Numbered from the stretch's first letter, positions 24,556-36,400 are shown. The stretch is DNA of 39,408 bases from Betaproteobacteria bacterium (GCA_016873905.1 VGVU01000001.1:1-39408), one strand, 5' to 3'. Notes: generated by a model not told the origin, from the letters alone. Numbers and translations are program-made.

Positions 24556-27500
24556 TCAGTGACGCTCAAGATCGATATCGATCCCGAGTGAGCGAATTTC
24601 CTTGACCAGCACATTGAACGACTCCGGCATGCCGGCCTCGATCTTGTGCTCGCCCTTGACGATGTTCTCGTACACCTTGGTACGGCCATTCACATCGTCC
24701 GACTTAACGGTCAGCATTTCCTGCAGCACATACGATGCGCCGTAGGCCTCCAGCGCCCAGACTTCCATCTCACCGAAGCGCTGGCCGCCGAACTGCGCCT
24801 TACCACCCAGCGGCTGCTGGGTGACCAGGGAGTACGGGCCGGTCGAACGGGCGTGCATCTTGTCATCGACCAAGTGGTGCAGTTTGAGCACATGCATGAT
24901 GCCCACCGTCACTTTGCGATCAAAGGCATCGCCGGTGCGACCGTCATACAAGGTGACCTGAGTTTTAGCCGGAGTGAAGCCGAGGCGCTCGGTATTGGCG
25001 TCCCCGCTGGGGTAGGCCAGATCCAGCATGGCCTGAATCTCCGTCTCGTGCGCACCGTCAAAGACCGGGCTGGCAAAAGGCACGCCCTTGCGCAGGTTGG
25101 CAGCCATCTCAAGGATCGCCGCATCGCTCAGGGCCGAGAGGTTTTCCTTGTGGCCGGAGGCGTTATAGATCTTCTCCAGATACTTGCGCACCTCAGCGGT
25201 CTTGTTGTGCTGATCCAGCATCTCGCCAATGCGCAGGCCCAAACCACGAGCTGCCCAGCCCAAGTGCATCTCCAGCACCTGACCCACATTCATCCGGGAC
25301 GGCACGCCGAGCGGGTTGAGGCAGACATCGACCTGTCGGCCATCGGCCATGAACGGCATGTCTTCGACCGGAACGATCTTGGAGATCACGCCCTTGTTAC
25401 CGTGACGGCCGGCCATCTTGTCACCCGGCTGCAGGCGACGCTTGACCGCGATATAGACCTTGACCATCTTGATCACACCCGCCGGCAGATCGTCACCCTG
25501 GGTCAGCTTCCGACGCTTGACCTCAAACATCTGGTCAAAGGCCTGACGCTGCTTGTCGAGCGACTCCCGAACGGCTTCCAGTTGCCGAGCCGTGTCATCG
25601 TCGGTCAGGCGAATATCAAACCAATCATGGAATTTGACACCCTCCAGATACGCCGCCGTCACCTCAGCGCCCTTGGCCAGCTTGTTGGGGCCGCCCTTGG
25701 CCGACTTACCGATCAAGAGACGCTGCAAACGCGCCTGGGCATCGGCCTCAACGATACGCATCTGGTCGCCCAGGTCTTTCTGGTACTGACGCAGATGGTC
25801 GTTGATGATCTGGTTGGCGCGCGAATCGCGCTCCACGCCTTCGCGGGTAAAGACCTGCACATCAATGACGGTGCCGCTCATGCCGGTTGGCACGCGCAGG
25901 CTGGTGTCCTTCACATCGGAGGCCTTCTCGCCAAAGATGGCGCGCAGGAGTTTTTCTTCCGGGGTCAGCTGCGTTTCACCCTTGGGGGTTACCTTGCCGA
26001 CCAACACATCGCCCGCCTTTACATCGGCACCGATATAGACAATGCCCGCCTCATCAAGGCGACCCAGTTGTTGCGGCGACAGGTTGGAGATGTCCTTGGA
26101 GATTTCCTCGGAACCCAGCTTGGTATCCCGCGCCACCACCGACAATTCTTCAATGTGAATGGAGGTGTAACGGTCTTCCGACACCACGCGCTCGGAGATC
26201 AGGATGGAGTCCTCGAAGTTGTAACCGTTCCAGGGCATGAACGCGACCAGCATGTTCTGGCCCAGCGCCAGCTCACCCATGTCCGTCGAGGCCCCATCGG
26301 CGATCACATCGCCGCGTTGCAGGGAATCACCCTGGCGCACCAGCGGCCGCTGATTGATGTTGGTGTTCTGGTTGGAACGCGTGTACTTGGTGAGGTTGTA
26401 GATATCCACACCCACCTCGCCCGACTGAGCCTCGCTGTCATGAACACGCACCACCACACGGCTGGCGTCCACATAATCCACCACGCCACCACGGCGCGCA
26501 GTGACCACCGTACCGGAGTCGATGGCCGCCGTCCGCTCAATGCCCGTACCGACCAGGGCCTTTTCGGGACGCAGACAGGGCACCGCCTGACGCTGCATGT
26601 TCGAGCCCATGAGCGCACGGTTTGCGTCATCGTGCTCCAGGAACGGAATCAGCGAGGCCGCCACCGAAACGACCTGCGCCGGGGCCACATCCATGTACTG
26701 GATCTTGTCGGCCGTCGCCAGCATAAATTCGCCGTTGTAGCGGGAAGAGATCAGGTCATCGGCAAACTGACCCTTGTCGGTCAGGGTTGAGTTCGCCTGA
26801 GCGACCACATATTTGTTTTCTTCAATCGCCGACAGGTAATCAATCTCCATCGTCACCTTGCCATTGACCACCCGGCGATACGGCGTTTCGAGGAAGCCGT
26901 AGTCATTGGTCCGCGCATACAGTGCCAGAGAGTTGATCAGGCCGATGTTCGGACCTTCCGGGGTTTCAATCGGGCAGACGCGACCATAATGCGTCGGGTG
27001 CACATCGCGCACCTCAAAACCCGCACGCTCACGGGTTAGACCGCCCGGGCCCAGGGCGGAAATACGCCGCTTGTGGGTGATCTCCGAGAGCGGATTGGTC
27101 TGGTCCATGAATTGCGAAAGCTGGCTGGAACCGAAGAACTCCTTGATCGCGGCCGAGATCGGCTTGGCGTTGATCAGGTCGGTCGGCATCAGATTATCGG
27201 CCTCGGCCTGATTGAGGCGTTCCTTGACGGCGCGCTCCACCCGAGCCAGACCGGCGCGGAACTGGTTCTCGACCAATTCGCCCACGGAGCGAATCCGGCG
27301 ATTGCCCAGGTGATCAATGTCATCGACCTCGCCCCGACCATTGCGCAATTCAACCAAGGTCTTGATGACGGCAACAATGTCGTCATTGCTGAGAATGTTT
27401 TCACCATCCACCTCGGTACGGCCGATGCGACGGTTGAACTTCATGCGCCCAACACGCGACAAATCATAGCTGTCCGTGCTGAAGAAGAGGCGCTGGAACA

Positions 27501-28668
27501 GGGCCTCAACCGCCTCCACCGTCGGCGGCTCACCCGGACGCATCATGCGATAAATGGCAATGCGAGCCGTCCATTGATCAGCCGTCTCGTCAATCGCCAA
27601 GGTCTGCGACATGAAGGCGCCGTGATCCAGGTCATTGGTATACAGCGTGTCAATACGGGTCAGACCGGCGCCCTGGATCTCGACGAGCAACGCCTCGGTG
27701 ATCTCGTCGTTGGCCCGCGCAATAATCTCCCCGGTGTCCGGGCTGACCAAGGCCGTGGCCAACACCCGGCCAATCAGAAAATCGCCGTCAACTACGACCT
27801 TCTTGACGCCCGCTGCCTCCAGATCGCGCACATGGCGCGCGGTGATGCGTTTGTCCTTGGCGACCAGAACCTTGCCGTCCTTGGCCAGAATATCAAACTT
27901 GGCAATCTCGCCTTTGAGGCGCTCCGGCCTCAGATCCAGCTCAATACCCTTCTTGCCGAAGTGGAAGGTCTCCATTTCGAAGAAGTCGGCCAGAATTTGC
28001 TCGGGGGTATAGCCCAGCGCCTTGAGCAGGATCGTGACCGGCATCTTGCGGCGACGGTCAATACGGAAATAGACCAGATCCTTCGGATCGAACTCAAAGT
28101 CGAGCCAAGAGCCACGGTAAGGAATGATCCGGGCCGAAAACAACAGCTTGCCGGAGGAGTGCGTCTTGCCCTTGTCGTGCTCAAAAAAGACGCCCGGTGA
28201 GCGGTGCAGCTGAGAAACGATGACGCGCTCGGTGCCGTTGATGACAAAGGAGCCATTCGGCGTCATGAGCGGCAGTTCGCCCATATACACCTCTTGGCTT
28301 TCGCGCACTTCCTTGATCTTTTCCTTGCTGCTCTCGCGATCAAGGATGATCAGGCGAACCTTGGCGCGCACCGAGCTGGCAAAGGTCATGCCACGCTGTT
28401 GACATTCCGCGATGTCAAACACCGGCTGACCCAGGGTGTAACTCACGAACTCGAGGCGTGCACCCCCATTGTTGCCCACGATCGGGAAGATCGAGGTGAA
28501 GGCCGCCTGCAAACCCGTATCAGCGCGATCTGCAACCTCCACGCCCTCCTGCAGGAAATCCCTGTAAGACTCCAGTTGAGTCGTCAACAGATAGGGTACG
28601 GGTAACACGCCGGCCCGCTTGGCAAAGCTCTTACGGATGCGTTTTTTCTCAGCGAAGGTATAGCTCAT
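24556..28668 (-). CDS. rpoB: DNA-directed RNA polymerase subunit beta
   Basis: 1370 aa. [18 protein letters not shown]..., rif-region [39 protein letters not shown]. Confidence 0.99.
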   Translation of the reverse strand: MSYTFAEKKRIRKSFAKRAGVLPVPYLLTTQLESYRDFLQEGVEVADRADTGLQAAFTSIFPIVGNNGGARLEFVSYTLGQPVFDIAECQQRGMTFASSVRAKVRLIILDRESSKEKIKEVRESQEVYMGELPLMTPNGSFVINGTERVIVSQLHRSPGVFFEHDKGKTHSSGKLLFSARIIPYRGSWLDFEFDPKDLVYFRIDRRRKMPVTILLKALGYTPEQILADFFEMETFHFGKKGIELDLRPERLKGEIAKFDILAKDGKVLVAKDKRITARHVRDLEAAGVKKVVVDGDFLIGRVLATALVSPDTGEIIARANDEITEALLVEIQGAGLTRIDTLYTNDLDHGAFMSQTLAIDETADQWTARIAIYRMMRPGEPPTVEAVEALFQRLFFSTDSYDLSRVGRMKFNRRIGRTEVDGENILSNDDIVAVIKTLVELRNGRGEVDDIDHLGNRRIRSVGELVENQFRAGLARVERAVKERLNQAEADNLMPTDLINAKPISAAIKEFFGSSQLSQFMDQTNPLSEITHKRRISALGPGGLTRERAGFEVRDVHPTHYGRVCPIETPEGPNIGLINSLALYARTNDYGFLETPYRRVVNGKVTMEIDYLSAIEENKYVVAQANSTLTDKGQFADDLISSRYNGEFMLATADKIQYMDVAPAQVVSVAASLIPFLEHDDANRALMGSNMQRQAVPCLRPEKALVGTGIERTAAIDSGTVVTARRGGVVDYVDASRVVVRVHDSEAQSGEVGVDIYNLTKYTRSNQNTNINQRPLVRQGDSLQRGDVIADGASTDMGELALGQNMLVAFMPWNGYNFEDSILISERVVSEDRYTSIHIEELSVVARDTKLGSEEISKDISNLSPQQLGRLDEAGIVYIGADVKAGDVLVGKVTPKGETQLTPEEKLLRAIFGEKASDVKDTSLRVPTGMSGTVIDVQVFTREGVERDSRANQIINDHLRQYQKDLGDQMRIVEADAQARLQRLLIGKSAKGGPNKLAKGAEVTAAYLEGVKFHDWFDIRLTDDDTARQLEAVRESLDKQRQAFDQMFEVKRRKLTQGDDLPAGVIKMVKVYIAVKRRLQPGDKMAGRHGNKGVISKIVPVEDMPFMADGRQVDVCLNPLGVPSRMNVGQVLEMHLGWAARGLGLRIGEMLDQHNKTAEVRKYLEKIYNASGHKENLSALSDAAILEMAANLRKGVPFASPVFDGAHETEIQAMLDLAYPSGDANTERLGFTPAKTQVTLYDGRTGDAFDRKVTVGIMHVLKLHHLVDDKMHARSTGPYSLVTQQPLGGKAQFGGQRFGEMEVWALEAYGASYVLQEMLTVKSDDVNGRTKVYENIVKGEHKIEAGMPESFNVLVKEIRSLGIDIDLERH

Positions 28669-28802
28669 GACAGCTCCGAGTCAGTGACAGGGAAAAACAG
28701 GAAATTGACAACAAATCCTTAAAACCAGTTATCAGCCATCGCGCCCACAAGTGAGCGGGAGGGCTGATAACGGTTGCTAACGAGTCTCAAGACAGCAGAA
28801 CA

Positions 28803-28845
28803 AGCAGCAAAACAAACAGCGAAAGGCCGGCTGACCGGAGGCCTT
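28803..28845 (-). terminator. Attenuator-like hairpin plus T-rich tract in the rplL-rpoB spacer
   Basis: Minus-strand RNA: AAGGCC-UCCGGUCAGCC-GGCCUU (inner CCGG/CCGG can also pair), followed by UCGCUGUUUGUUUUGCUGCUUG. Same location as the known E. coli rplL-rpoB attenuator. Confidence 0.5.
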
Positions 28846-28893
28846 ACCCCCGGTCACCAGCCTGTTACGGACTTGCGCCCGTAGCATCAAGTC

Positions 28894-29271
28894 TTACTTG
28901 ATCTCGGCGGTTGCGCCCGCTTCGGTCAGCTGCTTGAGGATGTCGTCAGCCTCAGCCTTCGGACAGCCTTCCTTGACCGTCTTCGGTGCGCCGTCAACCA
29001 TGTCCTTGGCTTCCTTCAGGCCCAGGCCGGTAATGGCACGGACGACCTTAATGACGGAAACCTTGTTGGCGCCGGCGGCGGTCAGGACCACATCAAACTC
29101 GGTCTTCTCTTCAGCCGGTGCTGCAGCAGCGCCGCCTGCACCCGGAGCTGCCACGGCCATGGAGGCTGCGGAAACGCCAAACTTCTCTTCGAACGCCTTC
29201 ACCAGGTCGTTCAGATCCATCACCGTCATTGCGCCAACGGCTTCCAGGATGTCTTCTTTGCTAATTGCCAT
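28894..29271 (-). CDS. rplL: 50S ribosomal protein L7/L12
   Basis: 125 aa. Ala-rich hinge [22 protein letters not shown]-terminal domain [22 protein letters not shown]. Confidence 0.98.
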   Translation of the reverse strand: MAISKEDILEAVGAMTVMDLNDLVKAFEEKFGVSAASMAVAAPGAGGAAAAPAEEKTEFDVVLTAAGANKVSVIKVVRAITGLGLKEAKDMVDGAPKTVKEGCPKAEADDILKQLTEAGATAEIK

Positions 29272-29336
29272 AATGGATTACTCCTAAGATTAATTCAGAT
29301 CGTATCGATGCGTTGCCAGCCAGGGAAAACCCAGGC

Positions 29337-29840
29337 TTAAGCCGCCGCACCTTCTTCTTCGCGTTTCTTGGCCAAGGCCGCCATTGCGCCGGCAAAACCG
29401 GTCAGCGGGGCCTGCATGACGCCCAGCAGCATAGCGATCAATTGCTCGCGGCCCGGGGTTGCAGCCAGGGCCTTGACGCCGTTCTGGTCGAGCGCTTTGC
29501 CCGCATAAGAACCGGCCTTCAGCACCAGCTTGTCGTTGCCCTTGGCAAAATCGTCGAGCACCTTGGCGGCGGCTACCGGATCTGCAGAGATACTGTAGAT
29601 CAGCGGGCCGACCATATCCTTGGCCAGCGGCGCAAACGGCGTATCCGCCACAGCCCGACGCACCAAGGTGTTTTTCAGCACCCGCAAGTAGACACCCGAC
29701 TCGCGGGCCTTCTGCCGCAGCGCGGTGAGATCAGGCACCTGCACGCCACGGTATTCGGCCACGACGATGGTCTGGGCGTTGGCCACTTGTGCCGACACCT
29801 CAGCCACGACGGCTTTCTTGTCATTCAGATTAAGACTCAT
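29337..29840 (-). CDS. rplJ: 50S ribosomal protein L10
   Basis: ATG at 29840 gives [33 protein letters not shown]... (167 aa), with GGAG in CAAGGAGAAGGACAT-ATG. The ORF-track extension to 30074 covers the leader. Confidence 0.95.
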   Translation of the reverse strand: MSLNLNDKKAVVAEVSAQVANAQTIVVAEYRGVQVPDLTALRQKARESGVYLRVLKNTLVRRAVADTPFAPLAKDMVGPLIYSISADPVAAAKVLDDFAKGNDKLVLKAGSYAGKALDQNGVKALAATPGREQLIAMLLGVMQAPLTGFAGAMAALAKKREEEGAAA

Positions 29841-30081
29841 ATGTCCTTCTCCTTGTCTGTCCATAAACACAACGGTGTTAAACCGTTGCACCCACGGCGA
29901 CCTGAACGCGGAAGAGATCCGGATAACCGGAACCTGACCTGTTCTGGGCACACCGTCTGCGCAGGCCTTGGACCCTGTGGGTCCTGTCATTAAGCCGTCC
30001 CCCAACAACGAGTTCGGCGCCTGCGGTCTTTGACGACCTACCTGCCCGACCTTGCGGTCAGACAGGCAGCCCAAAGTTCTT
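29841..30081 (-). promoter_or_regulatory. Structured rplJ 5' leader (candidate L10/L12 autoregulatory leader)
   Basis: 241-nt non-coding gap between rplA and rplJ. It holds several clean hairpins on the minus strand: CUGCC..GACC-GCAA-GGUC..GGCAG, GGACCC-ACA-GGGUCC, AACGGU-UUAAC-ACCGUU. The position corresponds to the L10 leader known in other bacteria. Confidence 0.5.
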
Positions 30082-30777
30082 TTATTGTCCGAGGCTGGTT
30101 TGATCCACGCGGACGCCCACGCCCATCGTGCTGGACACGGACACCTTCTTCATGAAAACACCCTTGGCAGCTGCCGGCTTGGACTTGTTCAAGGCATCCA
30201 GCAGGGCAACGAGGTTTTCACGCAGGGCATCAACCTCAAAAGAGGCGCGACCGATGGTGGCGTGGATGATGCCCGACTTGTCGGTACGGTACTGAACCTG
30301 ACCCGCCTTGGCGTTCTTGACGGCCTGGGCCACATTCGGCGTAACAGTGCCCACCTTCGGGTTCGGCATCAGGCCACGCGGACCGAGCACTTGACCCAAC
30401 TGGCCAACCACCTTCATGGCGTCCGGCGTCGCGATCACGACATCAAAGTCCACACGGCCGCCCTTGATCTCGGCAGCCAGATCATCGAAACCGACGATAT
30501 CGGCACCCGCTTCTTTGGCGGCCTCGGCATTGGCGCCCTGTGCGAACACGCAGACGCGCACCGATTTACCCGTGCCACGCGGCATAACCACCGCACCCCG
30601 AACAACCTGGTCCGATTTACGCGGATCAACACCCAGATTCACGGCGACATCAATGGATTCGTTGAACTTGGCCGTTGCGGCACCCTTGACCAGACCCAGG
30701 GCCTCGTCAACGGCATAGACCTTGTTCCGATCAACCTGGCCCATCAGGCCCTGCATACGCTTGGAAATCTTTGCCAT
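30082..30777 (-). CDS. rplA: 50S ribosomal protein L1
   Basis: ATG at 30777 gives [21 protein letters not shown]... (231 aa), 1 nt after the rplK stop. The ORF-track start at 30795 overlaps rplK. Confidence 0.96.
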   Translation of the reverse strand: MAKISKRMQGLMGQVDRNKVYAVDEALGLVKGAATAKFNESIDVAVNLGVDPRKSDQVVRGAVVMPRGTGKSVRVCVFAQGANAEAAKEAGADIVGFDDLAAEIKGGRVDFDVVIATPDAMKVVGQLGQVLGPRGLMPNPKVGTVTPNVAQAVKNAKAGQVQYRTDKSGIIHATIGRASFEVDALRENLVALLDALNKSKPAAAKGVFMKKVSVSSTMGVGVRVDQTSLGQ

Positions 30778-30778
30778 A

Positions 30779-31210
30779 TCACACCCCCTCAACATTCAAA
30801 CCCATGCTGCGCGCGGAGCCAGCGATGGTACGCACGGCCGCATCCATGTCGGCTGCGGTGAGATCCGGGGCCTTGGCCTTGGCGATCTCCTCAAGTTGTG
30901 CGCGAGAAATGGTGCCCACCTTGTCGGTGTGCGGCTTGGGGCTGCCCTTGGTAATGCCGACCGCCTTCTTGATCAGGATGGTCGCCGGCGGCGTCTTCAT
31001 GATGAAGGTGAAGGACTTGTCAGCAAACGCCGTAATCACGACAGGAATCGGCAGACCCGGTTCCATACCCTGCGTCTTGGCGTTAAACGCCTTGCAGAAT
31101 TCCATGATGTTCAGACCGCGCTGACCCAAGGCCGGGCCAATAGGCGGCGAAGGATTAGCCTTGCCGGCCGGCACTTGCAGCTTGATATAGCCGATAATTT
31201 TCTTTGCCAT
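30779..31210 (-). CDS. rplK: 50S ribosomal protein L11
   Basis: 143 aa. [43 protein letters not shown]. Confidence 0.98.
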   Translation of the reverse strand: MAKKIIGYIKLQVPAGKANPSPPIGPALGQRGLNIMEFCKAFNAKTQGMEPGLPIPVVITAFADKSFTFIMKTPPATILIKKAVGITKGSPKPHTDKVGTISRAQLEEIAKAKAPDLTAADMDAAVRTIAGSARSMGLNVEGV

Positions 31211-31280
31211 TTTAAACTCCTTTAAATGGGTCGTTACGAGACTGGCCGTCTCTCCCCTGCACTACAAACGGGCCGAAAAA
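31211..31280 (-). promoter_or_regulatory. rplK leader with possible L1-binding mimic
   Basis: 70-nt nusG-rplK spacer. Minus strand contains GGGGAGAGACGGCCAGUCUC with hairpin GAGAC-GGCCA-GUCUC. The resemblance to the GGGAG/GACGG-type L1 site is judged by eye only. Confidence 0.3.
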
Positions 31281-31814
31281 TCAGGTTTTCTCGACCTGCG
31301 AAAACTCCAGCTCCACGGGCGTCGCACGACCAAAGATGGTCACGGCCACACGCAGCTTGTTCTTTTCATAATTCACTTCTTCCACCGTCCCGCTAAAGTC
31401 TGCGAACGGTCCTTCGATCACGCGCACCACCTCGCCGTGCTCGTAGGCAATCTTGTGGCGCGGTTTTTCAACACCCGCCTGCATCTGGCCCAGAATGGCA
31501 TCAACCTCTTTCTGGCTGATCGGGGCCGGCTTGGTCGGGGTCCCGCCAATAAATCCACTGACCTTGGGCGTGCTCTTGACGATGTGCCAGCTGGCATCAT
31601 CCATCTCCATTTGCACCAACACATATCCCGGGAAGAACTTGCGCTCGGTCACCCGCTTCTGGCCAGCCTTCATCTCAACGACTTCTTCGACCGGAACCAG
31701 GATCTCACCAAATTTATTTTCCATTTCGGCGTTTGCGATCCGCTCCTTCAGAGCGCGCATGACGCTCTTCTCAAAGCCCGAGTAGGCATGCACCACATAC
31801 CACTGCATCGACAT
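31281..31814 (-). CDS. nusG: Transcription termination/antitermination factor NusG
   Basis: 177 aa. [18 protein letters not shown] (NGN domain) and a C-terminal KOW region ([21 protein letters not shown]). Confidence 0.97.
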   Translation of the reverse strand: MSMQWYVVHAYSGFEKSVMRALKERIANAEMENKFGEILVPVEEVVEMKAGQKRVTERKFFPGYVLVQMEMDDASWHIVKSTPKVSGFIGGTPTKPAPISQKEVDAILGQMQAGVEKPRHKIAYEHGEVVRVIEGPFADFSGTVEEVNYEKNKLRVAVTIFGRATPVELEFSQVEKT

Positions 31815-32164
31815 CAGGAGACCCTACCCATCAAATTCTGAATCAGCCAGCCCAGCAGACTATCCACGAGCCACAAAAACAGCGCCATAACCACGGCAAA
31901 CAACAAGACAACGCCCGTCATTTGCAAGGTCTCGCGCCGAGTCGGCCAAACCACCTTGCGCGCCTCGACGATGGACTCCTGACCCAGGGCAAACATCTGC
32001 TGGCCCGGTGCCGTCATCCTGACGACAACCAAGGCCAAGCCTACCCCGGCCAGAACAGAAAGGACCCGCAACACCATGGCCACCTGGTCGCCCAAAAGGT
32101 AAAAGCCGGCAAGACCGGCTACTACCAACAACCCTGCCAAAAGCAGTTTGAGTTTATCTGTCAT
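31814..32164 (-). CDS. secE: Preprotein translocase subunit SecE
   Basis: ATG at 32164 gives [24 protein letters not shown]... (116 aa, hydrophobic segments). Conserved C-terminal [28 protein letters not shown]. The ORF-track start at 32230 lies inside tRNA-Trp. Stop overlaps the nusG ATG by 1 nt. Confidence 0.9.
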   Translation of the reverse strand: MTDKLKLLLAGLLVVAGLAGFYLLGDQVAMVLRVLSVLAGVGLALVVVRMTAPGQQMFALGQESIVEARKVVWPTRRETLQMTGVVLLFAVVMALFLWLVDSLLGWLIQNLMGRVS

Positions 32165-32219
32165 ATCTTTCTTAACTGCTGCACAGCTTGCAACTTCATC
32201 GCAATCCTGCAACTTTATG

Positions 32220-32295
32220 TGGCAGGCCAAGAGGGCCTCGAACCCCCAACCTTCGGTTTTGGAGACCGACGCTCTGCCAATTGAGCTATTGGCCT
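32220..32295 (-). tRNA. tRNA-Trp (anticodon CCA)
   Basis: Reverse complement is AGGCCAATAGCTCAATTGGCAGAGCGTCGGTCTCCAAAACCGAAGGTTGGGGGTTCGAGGCCCTCTTGGCCTGCCA. It folds as a 76-nt cloverleaf with anticodon loop CUCCAAA and an encoded CCA. Confidence 0.95.
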
Positions 32296-32303
32296 TTCAT
32301 TCC

Positions 32304-32341
32304 TAAAAGGCAGCAAAGGCCGGGAGCTTTAGCCCCCGGCC
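32304..32341 (-). terminator. Hairpin plus U-rich tract between tuf (copy 2) and tRNA-Trp (partial terminator or processing signal)
   Basis: Minus-strand RNA: GGCCGGGGGC-UAAA-GCUCCCGGCC (10 bp, one G-U), then UUUGCUGCCUUUUAGG. On the plus strand the same position is an A:C mismatch, so the structure is better on the minus transcript. Confidence 0.5.
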
Positions 32342-32356
32342 CGCGCCGCCCATCAA

Positions 32357-33548
<1,192 letters not shown>

Positions 33549-33606
33549 TCTATACCCCTAACTAAAAAGGATCGGCAACAACATCACTCAAAAACACAAC
33601 ACCAAC

Positions 33607-33681
<75 letters not shown>

Positions 33682-33732
33682 GAAACTCTTGGTTCCGCAG
33701 AACTCCCTCAACCTTCAACCAACTTAACCCAC

Positions 33733-33806
33733 TGGAGCGGGTAGCGGGAATCGAACCCGCGTCATTAGCTTGGAAGGCTAAGGTTCTACCATTGAACTAC
33801 ACCCGC
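33733..33806 (-). tRNA. tRNA-Gly (anticodon UCC)
   Basis: Reverse complement is GCGGGTGTAGTTCAATGGTAGAACCTTAGCCTTCCAAGCTAATGACGCGGGTTCGATTCCCGCTACCCGCTCCA. Anticodon loop CUUCCAA, discriminator U, encoded CCA. Confidence 0.95.
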
Positions 33807-33905
33807 TTTTTGTCTCACGAAACGCGTCTCAACCACTGGCCAACACCGTCAGCCAATAACCCTCAGGTCGGCTACCAACTTACGACACCAAACCCTTACG
33901 AAATC

Positions 33906-33990
33906 TGGTGGTGGGGGAAGGATTCGAACCTTCGAAGGCAGAGCCGTCAGATTTACAGTCTGATCCCTTTGACCGCTCGGGAACCCCACC
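33906..33990 (-). tRNA. tRNA-Tyr (anticodon GUA, long variable arm)
   Basis: Reverse complement is GGTGGGGTTCCCGAGCGGTCAAAGGGATCAGACTGTAAATCTGACGGCTCTGCCTTCGAAGGTTCGAATCCTTCCCCCACCACCA. 85 nt, very close to E. coli tRNA-Tyr. Confidence 0.95.
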
Positions 33991-34003
33991 GGGAAAGCGC
34001 GTG

Positions 34004-34032
34004 ATTATCCCGACCCGGGATGCGCTTGTCAA
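34004..34032 (-). promoter_or_regulatory. Consensus sigma70 promoter for the tRNA-Tyr-Gly-Thr-tuf transcription unit
   Basis: Minus strand reads TTGACA (34032-34027), a 17-nt spacer, then GATAAT (34009-34004), followed by the GC-rich discriminator CACGCGC. The tRNA-Tyr 5' end lies 13 nt after the -10. The -35 abuts the ychF stop codon. Confidence 0.7.
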
Positions 34033-35124
34033 TCACACATTGAAAAGGAAGTTCATGACATCGCCATCACGAACCACATACTCCTTACCCTCCGAGCGCA
34101 TCTTGCCCGCCTCTTTCGCACCCTGCTCGCCCTTGCAGGCCACAAAATCGTCAAAGCCTATCGTCTGGGCGCGAATAAATCCCCGTTCAAAGTCGGTATG
34201 GATCACCCCCGCCGCCTGCGGAGCCGTATCGCCCTTGTGAATTGTCCAGGCCCTCACCTCTTTAACTCCCGCGGTGAAATAGGTTTGCAGACCCAACAAG
34301 TCATAGCCCGCCCGGATCAGGCGATCCAGACCCGGCTCAGCCTGCCCCATTTCGGCCAGAAACTCCTGTCGATCGGCCTCATCCAGAACGGCGATCTCGG
34401 CCTCAATGGCCGCACACAAGGCCACAACCGGGGCCCCCTCCGCGGCCGCATAGGCGCGCAGAGCATCGAGGTGCGGGTTGTTCTCAAACCCGTCCTCAGC
34501 CACATTGGCGACATACATCGCCGGCTTGATCGTCATCAGACACAGCGGCGCAAGCAAGGCCTTCGCCTCCTCATCCAGCCCCAGACTGCGTACGGGTTTC
34601 GCCTCATTGAGGTGCGGCAACAGCCGCTCATACAGCGCCACCAGTTTTTGCGCCTCCTTGTCCCCCGAACGGGCCTTTTTCTGGTCGCGCGCCAGCGCCT
34701 TTTCCACTGTGCCCAGGTCAGCCAGCGCCAGTTCAGTGCCAATGACCTCGATATCCTCAAGCGGATTCACCCGCCCAGACACATGCACCACATTTTCGTC
34801 CTCGAAGCAGCGCACCACATTGACGATGGCGTCCGTTTCGCGGATGTTGGCCAGAAACTGGTTGCCCAGGCCCTCCCCTTTCGAGGCCCCAGCAACCAGG
34901 CCGGCGATATCGACAAACTCCACGAAGGCCGGGACGAGGCGCTGCGGCCGCACAATCTCCGACAGGGCGGCCAGGCGCGGATCCGGCACCTCGACCACGC
35001 CCACATTCGGCTCAATGGTGCAAAACGGATAATTCTCTGCCGCAATCCCCGCACGGGTCAGGGCATTGAACAGGGTGGACTTACCCACATTAGGCAAACC
35101 AACGATGCCACACTTGAGACTCAT
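34033..35124 (-). CDS. ychF: Ribosome-binding ATPase YchF
   Basis: 363 aa. [23 protein letters not shown] (P-loop), [11 protein letters not shown]-terminal TGS-like domain ending [11 protein letters not shown]. Confidence 0.97.
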   Translation of the reverse strand: MSLKCGIVGLPNVGKSTLFNALTRAGIAAENYPFCTIEPNVGVVEVPDPRLAALSEIVRPQRLVPAFVEFVDIAGLVAGASKGEGLGNQFLANIRETDAIVNVVRCFEDENVVHVSGRVNPLEDIEVIGTELALADLGTVEKALARDQKKARSGDKEAQKLVALYERLLPHLNEAKPVRSLGLDEEAKALLAPLCLMTIKPAMYVANVAEDGFENNPHLDALRAYAAAEGAPVVALCAAIEAEIAVLDEADRQEFLAEMGQAEPGLDRLIRAGYDLLGLQTYFTAGVKEVRAWTIHKGDTAPQAAGVIHTDFERGFIRAQTIGFDDFVACKGEQGAKEAGKMRSEGKEYVVRDGDVMNFLFNV

Positions 35125-35142
35125 CTTTATTCCTTCAATTCT

Positions 35143-35751
35143 TTACTGGGGTTGTGTTGTCTGGGTTGCGGGTGCCGGGTTTCGTTCATTTGCCACCTTC
35201 GTAGCCTCTGCCCATTGCCCGGCCGCCACCTTCGGCCACAGGCCAAGCGCTCGATCCAGGGCCTGAGCGATCGCCTCGCGCTCTTCGCGCCGGGGCGGCT
35301 TGAGGACATAGTGAGCCACCTCATTGCGATCACCGGGATGGCCAATGCCCACCCGCAGGCGCCAATAATCCTGAGTCCCCAGATGCGCCGTGATGTCCTT
35401 CAGGCCGTTGTGCCCCCCCAGCCCACCACCAAATTTGAGGCGCAACTGACCTGGAGGGATGTCTAACTCGTCATGCACGACCAACAGTTCGGCGGGTTCG
35501 ATGCGATAAAACCGCATCAGGGCCGCGACCGACTGTCCAGACCGGTTCATAAAAGTCTGCGGCGTCAGCAACCAGACCCCTGCCGAGCGGGCCTGTCCCG
35601 CCAAGCCATGGAAACGCGCCTCTCGCACCAAATTCACGCCCAGCGTATCGGCCAGACGCGCACAAAACCAAAACCCGGCGTTGTGCCGGGTTTCGGAATA
35701 TTCGGCCCCGGGATTCCCGAGGCCGACCACAAGTTTTGGCGGCAAAGGCAT
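35143..35751 (-). CDS. pth: Peptidyl-tRNA hydrolase
   Basis: 202 aa. [23 protein letters not shown] and GGHNGLKDI motifs. Confidence 0.96.
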   Translation of the reverse strand: MPLPPKLVVGLGNPGAEYSETRHNAGFWFCARLADTLGVNLVREARFHGLAGQARSAGVWLLTPQTFMNRSGQSVAALMRFYRIEPAELLVVHDELDIPPGQLRLKFGGGLGGHNGLKDITAHLGTQDYWRLRVGIGHPGDRNEVAHYVLKPPRREEREAIAQALDRALGLWPKVAAGQWAEATKVANERNPAPATQTTQPQ

Positions 35752-35781
35752 GAGCTCGAGCCTTGCTCAAACCTGCAGCGA

Positions 35782-36384
35782 TCAGGCCGCCGGAGCGGCC
35801 TCTTCCGCAGCGCCGCCCTTCGGCGCCACCACGCTGGCCACCACCGGATCGGTTCCGGCATGCAGAGCAGCAAACTCAACGCCGGCCGGGACCACGACTT
35901 GCGACAAATGGATGGAGGCACCCACGGTCAGCTGGCCCATATCGACGGTAATGAATTCCGGCAAATCCGCCGGCAGACACAGAACCTCGGCCTCAGTCAT
36001 GGCGTGGCTGGCAATACCATGGCTCAGCTTGACGCCCGGACAGGTCTCGGCATTGACGAAGTGCAGCGGCACCTTGATGTGCACCTTGTGAGTCGGATCG
36101 ACGCGCTGAAAGTCCACATGCAACACCTGGGTGCGCACCGGGTGAACCTGCACATCACGCAGCAGAACCGGCTCGTCCTTGCCATCCAGCTTGAGCGTCA
36201 GCACGGACGAATGGAAGGCCTCATGACGCAGCCCCAGCAACAGATCCTTGTGATCCATTTCGATGGCAACAGCCGCCTGGCCTTCACCATAAACGATCCC
36301 CGGAACCAGACCGGCGCCACGCAGGCGGCGGCTCGCACTCGTGCCCTGCAGGTTGCGCGTTTTAGCAATAACATCAAATTTCAT
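35782..36384 (-). CDS. rplY: 50S ribosomal protein L25 (long Ctc form)
   Basis: 200 aa. RNLQGTSASRRLRGAGLVPGIVYGEG. A C-terminal Ctc-type domain and an Ala-rich tail. Confidence 0.93.
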   Translation of the reverse strand: MKFDVIAKTRNLQGTSASRRLRGAGLVPGIVYGEGQAAVAIEMDHKDLLLGLRHEAFHSSVLTLKLDGKDEPVLLRDVQVHPVRTQVLHVDFQRVDPTHKVHIKVPLHFVNAETCPGVKLSHGIASHAMTEAEVLCLPADLPEFITVDMGQLTVGASIHLSQVVVPAGVEFAALHAGTDPVVASVVAPKGGAAEEAAPAA

Positions 36385-36400
36385 TTTTCACTCCAACAAC

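Noticed and set aside
30079-30107. Possible rplJ promoter: TGGATC, a 17-nt spacer, then TAAAAG, overlapping the rplA stop codon.
   Set aside because: Only 3/6 and 4/6 matches to consensus. It is indistinguishable from background.
32189-32215. 10-nt direct repeat AAGTTGCA(A/G)G (minus-strand reading), present twice 19 nt apart between tRNA-Trp and secE. Considered as -35 boxes or an operator.
   Set aside because: No acceptable -10 element lies at 16-18 nt from either copy. It occurs only twice and is short, so chance cannot be excluded.
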